Below are positions 11,593 through 20,802 of a stretch of DNA of 64,000 nt, in pieces. The notes below the pieces were generated by a model that searched no databases, was not told the origin of the DNA, and was given only the letters and a program-made list of their open reading frames with translations. Each line of letters begins with the position of its first letter. Position 1 is the first letter of the stretch. The position numbers were made by a program, and so were the translations under genes. The stretch is from Corallochytrium limacisporum Hawaii (Eukaryota; Protista; Pluriformea): the NCBI GenBank assembly GCA_002811645.1, contig PDIP01000052.1:107698-171697 (forward strand), written 5' to 3'.

Positions 11593-11758
11593 AGTGTCCG
11601 TACCACTCCTGAAGGTGAAAAGAAATAGGCCCCCTTCTATCGATTCCGAGACTCAGTGGAACACAAGGGCCGCTTCCTTAACTCATGACATTGTGCAAAG
11701 GGTGTGAACGGGAAGGGTACTGGTCCCATAGCTAACAGTATAATTTAAAAATCAGCAG

Positions 11759-14173
11759 TCATTCATTGGCATAAGCACCGACCTCGTCACCAAGCTTCAC
11801 CAGTTCAGTATCGAGCCGTTGCCAGTCTTCGACCATTTTCTTGGTTTGGGCCTCCTGCTTAGCCTGCCAGAGTTTCCATGCAGAGAGCTGACTAAGGATC
11901 GGCTCCGACCAGGCAGCGTGACGCTCCTCAAGGATAGCCTGCAGGATTTCAGCAGTGCGATGCAGAGGGTGTCGGACATTGTGAGTAGAGGGCAGTCCCA
12001 GCTTAGCCGCTGCTCCGGAGGAAATCTTTTGCTTCGTCATTGATTCATTCAGTGTAGTTTGGTACATATTCAGGACCTCCTGGATGTCCCGGACACTCTT
12101 CTGCCACTGTGCTTCAGTGTTCCCGAGCCCGAGTCCGCCAAAGACAACAACTGGTATAGGATCCGCGAGCATGATAGTCGCGACCGTGCCAATGGCCAGA
12201 CATGAGACGATGGAGGACATGGCCGTCAGCCTTTCACCATGGCTCAGCAAGACGCGCGTGTCCTTGTCAAAACGGAAGTGCAGCTGATTAGTTATGTCCT
12301 TGATCTGCTTTTCGACTAAGAATGGAGGTAGCGTTGCCGTGGCATCTAGCATATGTTCAGGAGCAGCCGCCTGCTGGTCCAGGGGCTTCATGCTACCCGG
12401 TCGCCGTGCAACCGCGAGATCGTGCTCTCGCCAGAGCATACGTAAGTCTTCGCTGATGCGCAGGGCACTCTGGTTTTGCTGCGCATCGATATTTGCGGTC
12501 AGTGTGATCAGCAGGTCACGCACTCGTAGTCGAAGACGTTGCGGTCCAGAGAAAAGATTATCATTTGCAGGTGCCGGGGTAGGCGACACAGTACCGGTGG
12601 TGGATGAAAGCCCTGTCCCTTCCGTGGACGACTGCTCCATGATCTCAAATTCGTCGTAGACGTCAATGTCTTCACGTCCCTTGTATTCGTCACCCACGGC
12701 AGACCACATAGCTTCTACAAGACGGTGTCGGTCCTGTTCCATTGCAAAGCCATCGCGGAAAGGCCAGGACAAGAAACGATCAGCCCACGATGCTCTCAGA
12801 GCCTTGGCTGTCCTCGTAGCCCCAGGTCGAACCTTGCCTTCGTCAGGAACCATCGGCAATCCTGCTACGGCTTGCAGATTGTTATGCATCGTGGTACCAT
12901 CCGTCAGGGCATGGCTCGGTGTGCCGCTGATAATGATGTCCATGTGCTCTGTCAGTAAGGCCTGCAAATGTTTCACCGTCGTCTCTACCTCCCGCTGCGT
13001 GTTCGCAAATGCCCGACGCAGCGCCGACTCGACGCGGTCAATTTGACCTCGAAGTCGGTCATTGCTTTCTGTCTCTTCCTTGAGCTGATGCAGACCCTGA
13101 TCCACCACGCGCTGTGTAATAAATAGCGGTGTCTGCAGCTTCCAGCGAATGTACTCATCGCCGTGTAGAAGCTGCCCGATATATGCTGTTAGTTCGTCAA
13201 AGCCTCCGGAAAGGTTATCGGTATTGTCTTGGTTCATTATTCCCATAAGCTCTGGCAGTTCGTACTGCAGTGGACTTATCTTATCTCTTTGGCCGTCCTG
13301 AATTCTCCGCTGATTTCGGGCACTCAGCAAGTAGACCATGGGACTGTCTTCCTTGCCAGGTCGACTCATCCCAGGAATCGAAGGCTTCGACTTTTCCTTT
13401 GCAACGGCAGATGTGGAGGCCATGGTCCTCTCAGCCGCGTCCCGGACGTGCTGAACCACCATTCGCGCCTCCTCGCTGTCACCGAGTAGGTCCCCCTTAT
13501 TCACAACGAAGAGGACGTGTCTCCCCCATTCGGAGAGGGTCAGCAGAAATTGACGCTCGCTCTCCGTAAACGGCCGATCAGCGCTGGTCACGAAGAGAAC
13601 TAAATCGCATCGCGGCACAAAGTCCCGTGTCAGACGCTCGTGGTCACGTAAAATTGCATTTGTGCCTGGAGTGTCGACAATGTGCACTCTGTCGAAAAGA
13701 TGCGGTTCGGATGTTGGGACGTTGATGTGTACAACCGAGGACGACTCCGTTGCTCCCGGTTCCTGTTCTTGTTCTCTCTGTTCTTCCTCCGGTCCTACAC
13801 TGATGACATGGATTGAGCCCGTAGTGGGAACCACTCCAGTTTTAGCCACCTCCTTGCCAACCAAAGCATTGATGAACGTCGACTTTCCACTGTTGAATTC
13901 CCCAATCACGACCAGCATAAAGAGTGAATCAAGGTTCTCTCGAGCGCTGGTGAGCAATTTCAGTCGCTCTGCCTCTTCTGCCCCTCCCAGAATCCTGACC
14001 TGATCATAGATTTCTTGGATGTGTTTCTTTTCTCGTTCTATAAGTTTCGACTGTTGCTCTGTGAATCTCAGCCCTCGGTGGCTCCGTAAAGCAGCGGTGC
14101 TGTAGTATCTAAGTGTCCCAGTGGTCATCCGTCGCACTGGGACCCGGAACATCCCGGCTATTGTACACAACAT
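11759..14173 (-). CDS. FZL/bacterial dynamin-like GTPase with a mitochondrial-type leader and a C-terminal hydrophobic segment
   Basis: G1 GEFNSGKST, G2 GVVPTT, G3 DTPGTN, G4 NKGD; the LFVTSADRPFTESE segment resembles plant FZL; Arg/Thr-rich acid-free N-terminus; hydrophobic segment IVSCLAIGTVATIMLADPIPVVVFGGLGLG. Confidence 0.85.
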   Translation of the reverse strand: MLCTIAGMFRVPVRRMTTGTLRYYSTAALRSHRGLRFTEQQSKLIEREKKHIQEIYDQVRILGGAEEAERLKLLTSARENLDSLFMLVVIGEFNSGKSTFINALVGKEVAKTGVVPTTGSIHVISVGPEEEQREQEQEPGATESSSVVHINVPTSEPHLFDRVHIVDTPGTNAILRDHERLTRDFVPRCDLVLFVTSADRPFTESERQFLLTLSEWGRHVLFVVNKGDLLGDSEEARMVVQHVRDAAERTMASTSAVAKEKSKPSIPGMSRPGKEDSPMVYLLSARNQRRIQDGQRDKISPLQYELPELMGIMNQDNTDNLSGGFDELTAYIGQLLHGDEYIRWKLQTPLFITQRVVDQGLHQLKEETESNDRLRGQIDRVESALRRAFANTQREVETTVKHLQALLTEHMDIIISGTPSHALTDGTTMHNNLQAVAGLPMVPDEGKVRPGATRTAKALRASWADRFLSWPFRDGFAMEQDRHRLVEAMWSAVGDEYKGREDIDVYDEFEIMEQSSTEGTGLSSTTGTVSPTPAPANDNLFSGPQRLRLRVRDLLITLTANIDAQQNQSALRISEDLRMLWREHDLAVARRPGSMKPLDQQAAAPEHMLDATATLPPFLVEKQIKDITNQLHFRFDKDTRVLLSHGERLTAMSSIVSCLAIGTVATIMLADPIPVVVFGGLGLGNTEAQWQKSVRDIQEVLNMYQTTLNESMTKQKISSGAAAKLGLPSTHNVRHPLHRTAEILQAILEERHAAWSEPILSQLSAWKLWQAKQEAQTKKMVEDWQRLDTELVKLGDEVGAYANE

Positions 14174-14596
14174 TGTCGATATCTGTCTGTCCTTTGCATC
14201 AACGGAACGGGTCGCCGTACCTCAAGACCAAGATCATTCCCATCTTGTTTCTATCGCCCTTAACCACTACAAATTTCAGCAGGTAGACTTCATATGTTGA
14301 AACGGCGCAAAAGGACGGTCCGTTGGTATTGGATTTGTTCTTGTGGACTTTAAAAACACATGAAGTATCTACGGTTGATTCGTGTTAGGGTCTCAAGTAC
14401 CTTCACCCAGGGCTAGGGCCCCCGCGGGGCCCGGGCGGATCCCCGGGGGGGCGCACACGGCACGGTGCGGGTAGCAGTGTGCCAACATACTCAGTGGCGC
14501 CAGTTACCTCGCTTTAGCGGGGGCCTTGGGGAGGGGAGGAGAGGTGAGGCTGCCGAGGTCTTGGTAGATCGCTGTGGATCAAGAAGCGGGAGTATT

Positions 14597-14864
14597 TCAC
14601 CAAATGTCCTCGACGGTTTCGGCGATGAACTTTTGCTTGACATCCAAGAGATATGCATCACTCTCCAGGGACTTCTCTGTGACTGTTTTCCAAGACCTTC
14701 GCAGATCGTCGGGTTTCATCAAGTCAACAGGTACCTCTATTGCATATATGATCAGAGTGCGGTGGCGCTCATTAAGATCTTCAAAAGTCAGTACCACCTG
14801 GATTCTTTGAATCGAACTATCAACATTGCGCGTTGTTAGTTATCTGCAGAAAACAATACCTCAT
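14597..14864 (-). CDS. Small spliced protein (74 aa), possibly KEOPS subunit Pcc1/LAGE3-like; exons 14864-14860 and 14816-14597
   Basis: aatcATGAG|GTATTG...ACTAAC...GATAG|TTCG: removing the 43-nt intron 14859-14817 joins the ATG in frame to an otherwise ATG-less ORF start, giving MSSIQRIQVVLTFEDLNERHRTLIIYAIEVPVDLMKPDDLRRSW...KFIAETVEDIW. Confidence 0.55.
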
Positions 14865-15125
14865 GATTTGGGTATACAATTTGTAGCCATTGCTGGAATT
14901 GATTTCTTGATTTCCATGAAAAATCTGAAGTGGCTGAAAACAAAACTCGGGGGAGACGGGTGGTGTGGTCCTGGTGGACGGGGCGGTACGTTTGGTTCAC
15001 CATCACAATGGCCAAGTTGCCTGCCCGGTATTTCAAGGTGTCCATGAGCGCGCATTCTGCGGCTAGATCGTAATATTCGCTTAACGCCATTTCGTATCGT
15101 GAAAAGAAAGCAATTGTGTAGAACT

Positions 15126-15542
15126 ATGCCTACCTGGAAGCAAAGACTGCCGCGGATATGGATAGGCCTGGTTGGTCTGATCGCTATGGTGCAGTCCCCG
15201 TTGGCCTACATGGGACCACAGTATCTGTCAACCACCGTTTGGGAGGGATATCAAGTAGACGCCCTGGCGTCTCGCCATTACGCGCTGTGGACATTTACCA
15301 GCGGATTGGCGCGGTGCTCGTTTGCTATTGATCCGTCATTGGGATCCTGGCGCATGTCTTTGGCCACCTTTTTCATTGCGCTCGGTCACTTCCTTACCGA
15401 AATCGAGCTTCACCATACGGTACAGTACCAGAGAGCATCTATATCGCCCCTAATTGTGGCAACCCTGTCTATTGTGGCTCATTTTGCAGATCTCATTCTC
15501 AATAAGGAGGAACGCTACAGTCCCAAGGCAAAGGAAGACTAG
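15126..15542 (+). CDS. ERG28: Ergosterol biosynthesis protein ERG28-like
   Basis: Small 4-TM protein with SRHYALWTFTSGLAR, TFFIALGHFLTE and SPLIVA motifs; first ATG at 15126. Confidence 0.85.
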   Translation: MPTWKQRLPRIWIGLVGLIAMVQSPLAYMGPQYLSTTVWEGYQVDALASRHYALWTFTSGLARCSFAIDPSLGSWRMSLATFFIALGHFLTEIELHHTVQYQRASISPLIVATLSIVAHFADLILNKEERYSPKAKED

Positions 15543-15601
15543 AAAGTTTGATAGTGTATAATATACTTGTAGCGTACAGTAAGGAAAATGTACAAAACAC
15601 A

Positions 15602-16612
15602 TCAGGGTTCGGGTTCAGTGGGCAAGTGGATGTTGTTCAAACGCTCCAGTCCAATCTGCAATGCGTGGGTACCACGTTTACCCTCACCTTGGGCTTTCAG
15701 AGCCACATATAGTTGATGGGCTAGAGCAAGACCAGGCAAGGACAGTTCCAGCCGCCTGGCTTCATCTAAGGCGATTTCGAGGTCTTTGACGAAGTGCTCA
15801 ATCATGAAGCCCGGTTTGAAATCACGGCGGAAGATCCGCGGTGAGTAAGTTGTCAGTGAGAAGGACCCGGCTGCCCCCTTGCTCACAGCGTTCCAGACTT
15901 CTTCTGGGTCAAGACCAGCCTTGTATGCGTAGATCAGTCCCTCGCACATGCCAATCATGTTAGTGCAGATAATGATTTGGTTAGCCATCTTTGTGTGCTG
16001 TCCGCAGCCTGGGGGACCCATGTACTTGATTGTTTTGCCCATGGCTGAAAAGATGGGGTTCAGGTCGTTCACAATGTGCTCCTCGCCACCGATCATCATA
16101 CTAAGTGTTCCGTTCTTGGCTCCTACATCACCCCCAGAAACAGGCGCGTCCACGCTGTGCACGCCCTTGGCTGTGGCTTTCTCGGAGATCTTTTGAGCAA
16201 GGGCAGGTTTGCTGGTTGTCATATCAATAATCACACCATCATCTTTCATGCCTGCGAGCACACCAGTCTTCTCATCCAAGATCACGCTTTCCACATCCCT
16301 GGGGTAGCCCACGCAGGTGATGACCACATCACTGTTCTTTGCGACATCAATGGGCGCATCAACACGCTTTGCTCCAAGATCTTCCAACGGCTTACACTTC
16401 GAAGCTGTACGGTTGTAAACTGTCATGTTGGTGAACCCGGCGTTGTAGATGTGTTCTGCCATGTAGCGACCCATAACCCCCATTCCTATGAAACCCACAC
16501 GAGTCGATCCAGGACCGATATCAATCGCTTTCCTTTTTGACACAGAGAAACGACGGCACCGTCCAATGAATTGTCCAGGACGTAAAGGCTTTTGCCGCAC
16601 GATGCGCAACAT
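15602..16612 (-). CDS. NAD(P)-dependent beta-hydroxyacid dehydrogenase (3-hydroxyisobutyrate dehydrogenase/tartronate semialdehyde reductase-like), probably mitochondrial
   Basis: GFIGMGVMG Rossmann motif, DAPVSGG, KMANQ and HFVKDL; Arg-rich presequence. Confidence 0.93.
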   Translation of the reverse strand: MLRIVRQKPLRPGQFIGRCRRFSVSKRKAIDIGPGSTRVGFIGMGVMGRYMAEHIYNAGFTNMTVYNRTASKCKPLEDLGAKRVDAPIDVAKNSDVVITCVGYPRDVESVILDEKTGVLAGMKDDGVIIDMTTSKPALAQKISEKATAKGVHSVDAPVSGGDVGAKNGTLSMMIGGEEHIVNDLNPIFSAMGKTIKYMGPPGCGQHTKMANQIIICTNMIGMCEGLIYAYKAGLDPEEVWNAVSKGAAGSFSLTTYSPRIFRRDFKPGFMIEHFVKDLEIALDEARRLELSLPGLALAHQLYVALKAQGEGKRGTHALQIGLERLNNIHLPTEPEP

Positions 16613-17216
16613 TGTTGTTCAGATCTCTCGATCGGATGCTTTGTAAACTGATCTCCTTGTGGTTGTGCGTGCTGGACTGTCACAGAGAATGCACTGATCA
16701 ATTTGTACCACTGAGGAAGACCTTCTCAAAAAGTAGATTCGTCTTCTCTTTCATCGAAATATAATAACGGATAGTCGTATCCTGAGCCTCTCAGCGGTTC
16801 TGATGTGCGGATGAATGATGGTCGCGACGAATGAACAAGAACCAACCCCGAGCACTGTCAAACAGTGATTTGTTTTCTAACCCAGTTGCGTAAACACTGA
16901 CGAGCTTGCATCAGCTCCTAACAGTAATTAGGCCCCCGTTTCCAACGGGAACGGGAGGGGAGGTTAAAAATGGATCCCGGAGTCTCCCAAAGGCCCTCGG
17001 GGGCGGGCCAGTTGTCAAGGGTTTGGACACGCTCTACCCGTGAAATAAGTCGAGACGGACTGAAATTTTCCACGAACTTGCTTGGACGAGCGCGGTGGGA
17101 CATAGGAAGAGTGCAACCACTATGACGGTCGGAGCACACGGAAATCAACCACAATATGGGGACCCAAAAGTTCCACTCTGTTCTCTCCTGACCGGGGAGT
17201 CAGCACGGGACCTGAA

Positions 17217-17309
17217 GTGAGTTTACGGGGAGTAGTATTGTTTGTGACAGATGAAAGGCTACCAAGGCTTCTGTTACGTGAAATGACACTCTATTTTGTT
17301 CTATTTCAG
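17217..17309 (+). other. Candidate 5' UTR intron of the alkaline phosphatase gene
   Basis: GTGAGT donor, ATGAC branch-like site, and pyrimidine tract CTCTATTTTGTTCTATTTCAG; 93 nt. Confidence 0.5.
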
Positions 17310-17434
17310 GGACAGGCTTTGACTGGGTCAAACTTCTGGTACTTGTTCACGTTGTAATTCAAAACCATAGTAGCCCGTAGCCAACGGACAGGCTTTGGAG
17401 ACACTTGTCCAGACCTCTACTCGTATAGATCAAA

Positions 17435-19456
17435 ATGTCACGTCGGTGGCAACCCCTTAGCGGTGATGACGAGGACAAAGGGATAAAAATGACCGACCTT
17501 GAGCCAGGTCGTGCGAATCAGGACGGGGACGATGACTTTGGACTGGATCCCGTGGAACAGTATCAGAGTGCAATGCCTGCATTCCCAATGGAAGAATCGT
17601 GGGCCGGCATTACAGTGAGTAAGAGGAACTTCCGCTGTCTCGTTCTCCTTGCCGTACTTTCATTTACATTGTCAGGCATTCTCGTATTGCACGCAATTTT
17701 CTCTCCGGGCTCGACAGCGATCGAAGGAGGGGCCGTCAACGGGACGTTTGCGGGAAAGAAGCCCCGCAATATTATTTTCATGGTATCTGACGGTATGGGT
17801 CCTGCTCAAGTTGGTTTGGGCCGGGCACTGCAAGTTTGGGATCGGGAAATCGAATTTGATATCCCTTTTCATGAGGGTGAGAATGGTGAGGATCTTGACG
17901 CAGGTAAAGAAATCGACAATAGTGATCCCAGAGATGCAGTATATAGGGAGCGCCTGGCCAAGCAGAAGGATAAGCACGAGCAGCGTATGAAAGCATGGAA
18001 AGAGGAAAAGGCAAAACAACCTGAGCTGTACAGTGAAAATGGTAACCACGGAAGTTCACGGCTAGATCTGACCCTTGACAGTATCCTGACCGGCTCAATT
18101 CGCACACGGTCAGCAAGTTCATTTGTCACAGATAGTGCTGCGGGTGGCACTTCATACAGCTGTGGGCAACGGACACACAACCGCTACATTGCGGTCACTC
18201 CTGATGGAAAGCCGTGTCCCACCATCATGGAAGCGGCAAAACGTGCTGGATACCGCACCGGTGTTATTGTGACTTCGCGATTGACGGACGCTACCCCGGC
18301 CACCTTCACATCTCACGCCCGCGATCGTGAAATGGAACGTCTAATTGCGCAGCAACAAGTTGCCCTCAAACCAGATATTCTTCTAGGGGGTGGCTTAGAT
18401 AAGTATGAGAAGTGGGAAGGAGAAAAACTTTGTCCAAGTGACAACAACCATCCCCTACAAGATGCTCTAGATGCAGGCTATCAGTATGTTCAGAACAAGG
18501 ACGAACTAAGCAAGATTACTACCATCAACGAGAAGCCTTTGTTAGGTCTGTTCGCTGACGGACACATCCCCTTTGCAATCGACTTGCCCGAGAATCTTCC
18601 AGCGCTCAAGGACATGGTTGAGAAAGGCTTGGAGCTGCTGACGGCTGCGACGAAAGATTCTCAAAAGGGATTTTTCCTTATGGTTGAAGGCTCCCGCATT
18701 GACATGGCATGCCACCGTAAGGACGCTGCCGGGTGCGGACGCGAGGTTCTCGCCTACGATGCCACCATGAAGGCTGTGAAAGACTACATCGACAAGCACC
18801 CTGACACTTTGGTAATCTCTACAAGTGACCACGAAACGGGCGGCTTATCTTTGGCCTACCAGTGGACACCAGAGTACCCCGAGTACAAGATTGATTTGAA
18901 ACGATACGTTTACGTAGATCTCAGTTTAGAGAAGGCCATCGAGATTCTGGCCAACGGTCTTCCCAAGGACCCACAGGAGCGCAGTGAATTCGAAGAATCA
19001 ATGGATATGGCTCGTCGCCGCGAACCCAAGGACAAATCCAAGCGTATCGGTTACAAGAATAAGGACCTGGAGGGGATTGTTCGTCGGCTCGGCCTGGCGG
19101 AGTTTATGTGGGACGAGGAAGAATTTGACACTTGGTCCGTGCTTTCTCAGAACATCTTCAAAGATGATGGCCAGTCGGCTTCGAACATTATATTCACCGA
19201 CGCTATGTACACCAAGGTAGCAAAGTCCGCGGGAATCGGATACACCACCCACGGACACACTGCCGTGGACGTCAATCTCTATGCGTACGGTGCAGGTGCT
19301 CAGAATGTCGCTGGCAACATGTACAACTATGAGCTGGGTCAGCTGCTGCAAACCCTTGATGATGATTTCGACATGGATGCGGTTGCGAAGCAGCTCGCCG
19401 AAGATGGCATTGACACAAACCAACCACACTGTGCATCCAATGTGCCCCACGTCTGA
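17435..19456 (+). CDS. Type II membrane alkaline phosphatase (Pho8-like)
   Basis: N-terminal TM helix; NIIFMVSDGMG, catalytic-Ser motif TDSAAG, TDATPA, EGSRIDMACH, SDHETGG and HGHTAVDV. Confidence 0.95.
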   Translation: MSRRWQPLSGDDEDKGIKMTDLEPGRANQDGDDDFGLDPVEQYQSAMPAFPMEESWAGITVSKRNFRCLVLLAVLSFTLSGILVLHAIFSPGSTAIEGGAVNGTFAGKKPRNIIFMVSDGMGPAQVGLGRALQVWDREIEFDIPFHEGENGEDLDAGKEIDNSDPRDAVYRERLAKQKDKHEQRMKAWKEEKAKQPELYSENGNHGSSRLDLTLDSILTGSIRTRSASSFVTDSAAGGTSYSCGQRTHNRYIAVTPDGKPCPTIMEAAKRAGYRTGVIVTSRLTDATPATFTSHARDREMERLIAQQQVALKPDILLGGGLDKYEKWEGEKLCPSDNNHPLQDALDAGYQYVQNKDELSKITTINEKPLLGLFADGHIPFAIDLPENLPALKDMVEKGLELLTAATKDSQKGFFLMVEGSRIDMACHRKDAAGCGREVLAYDATMKAVKDYIDKHPDTLVISTSDHETGGLSLAYQWTPEYPEYKIDLKRYVYVDLSLEKAIEILANGLPKDPQERSEFEESMDMARRREPKDKSKRIGYKNKDLEGIVRRLGLAEFMWDEEEFDTWSVLSQNIFKDDGQSASNIIFTDAMYTKVAKSAGIGYTTHGHTAVDVNLYAYGAGAQNVAGNMYNYELGQLLQTLDDDFDMDAVAKQLAEDGIDTNQPHCASNVPHV

Positions 19457-20154
19457 TGTGACATATCCAGCTTGCGAGTGACGGGCGGAGGGTGTTCGGA
19501 CGCGCATTGGGGGGGGAGGGGCCCTTGCTTCGAAAGGTTCCAACCGAAGAGCGCACGCAGACACGCACAGAGTACCTGAAGAACTACTTCTTTTTTTTCT
19601 TTTCGTTTGTCAACCCGTCCCCCACCCTTTGGCCTCTACCTGCCATTGACTTAATACAGGAACATGTGCCAAAGTATAATTCTGTTTTCGTTCTCTCTCT
19701 CGCTCTCTCATTTTTTTTTTCTTCTTCTCCACATTAATGGTCGAACGGTAGGGCTCCAAATAAGCACGTCCCGTCTCCGCATTGGTCAAACGAGTACACA
19801 TGCCCCTCCTTCCAATCTCTCCACCACCAATTCTTCAACCGCACTATGCTGTTAATTTCTGAACTGGTGCAGACACAGCAAGCAACCCCCAAAAAGAAAA
19901 ATCTAACACAGAGAGAGTGGGGGGAGGTAGCTCTTGCTCTTAGGGGCGGTGGGGAATGGGGTCGAGGGTGATGATATATTTTTGCTGTTGAAGGGGCGCG
20001 GGGAGAGCGCGAGGGTTTTTACTTTTTGCTGGCACTTTCGCTACACCGGGAGCAACAAAACACAAGAAAAAATAACAGCCGCCCGCTCGGCCGACCCGCT
20101 CGGGGTTCCCGGTAGGGACTGCCGGTGGGTGGGGCGGGGGGGGGAATGGCTGGC

Positions 20155-20397
20155 CCAGAAACTCGGGGTGGCCCTTTGGTCTCAAGCACAGTTGGCAACC
20201 ACCAATCCCTGCGATTGTTTGTAGGGAAGGGGGGGGGGGAGGGGAGCGCAAAGTGACAACAACGCTGCAGAAAAACCAGAAACTCGGGGTGGCCCTTTGG
20301 TCTCAAGCACAGTTGGCAACCACCAATCCCTGCGATTGTTTGTAGGGAAGGGGGGGGGGGAGGTGAGCGCAAAGTGACAACAACGCTGCAGAAAAAC
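20155..20397. repeat. 121-bp tandem duplication (2 copies)
   Basis: CCAGAAACTCGGGG...GCAGAAAAA starts at 20155 and again at 20276; one visible mismatch (GGGGAG vs GGTGAG) next to a G-run. Confidence 0.9.
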
Positions 20398-20802
20398 AAA
20401 GGGGGGGGGGGCCTGGGCCGATCGGTCTCTCATTCCTGTGCGGCGGATTGGATCGCCGCCAGTGAACGGTGTGTGTACGCACACGATGGGCAAGAGATGG
20501 CTTACATAATTGTAGCATTAGAACGCGGCGGAAAGTAGTTTCTGTTGCACAGTGCAAGGGTGTGGCGAGGTTTGGAGGCAGTGATATAGTGCGAAACGTA
20601 GGAATCGGAACGCTGTTGACGCGGGTACTTAAGCGCTACATGTTGACACTATTGAACACCATTGAACATTACAATAGGTAAGTGTGTGTTCCTGGCTTCG
20701 ACGATGAAAGGGGTTGTGTAGTAAATTATAGTAGAGTAGAAGAAACAAACATGTGTTCTGGGTAGATAGCTGAGCTAGTATCCATATTATCGTAAATGAA
20801 CC

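Noticed and set aside
14836-15090. 84-aa and 64-aa minus-strand ORFs as frameshift or readthrough partners of ORF 14597-14797
   Set aside because: A canonical 43-nt intron with an in-frame ATG explains the downstream ORF more simply, and these ORFs span the divergent promoter.
9219-19456. Phosphate regulon cluster (Siw14-like and Pho8-like)
   Set aside because: The genes are not adjacent, and I saw no shared Pho4-type CACGTG site in their proximal upstream regions.
20155-20397. 121-bp tandem duplication as a biological repeat or CRISPR-like unit
   Set aside because: Only two near-identical copies with no spacer, lying among G-runs like the gap-flank duplications; probably a gap-closing artefact that long reads would resolve.
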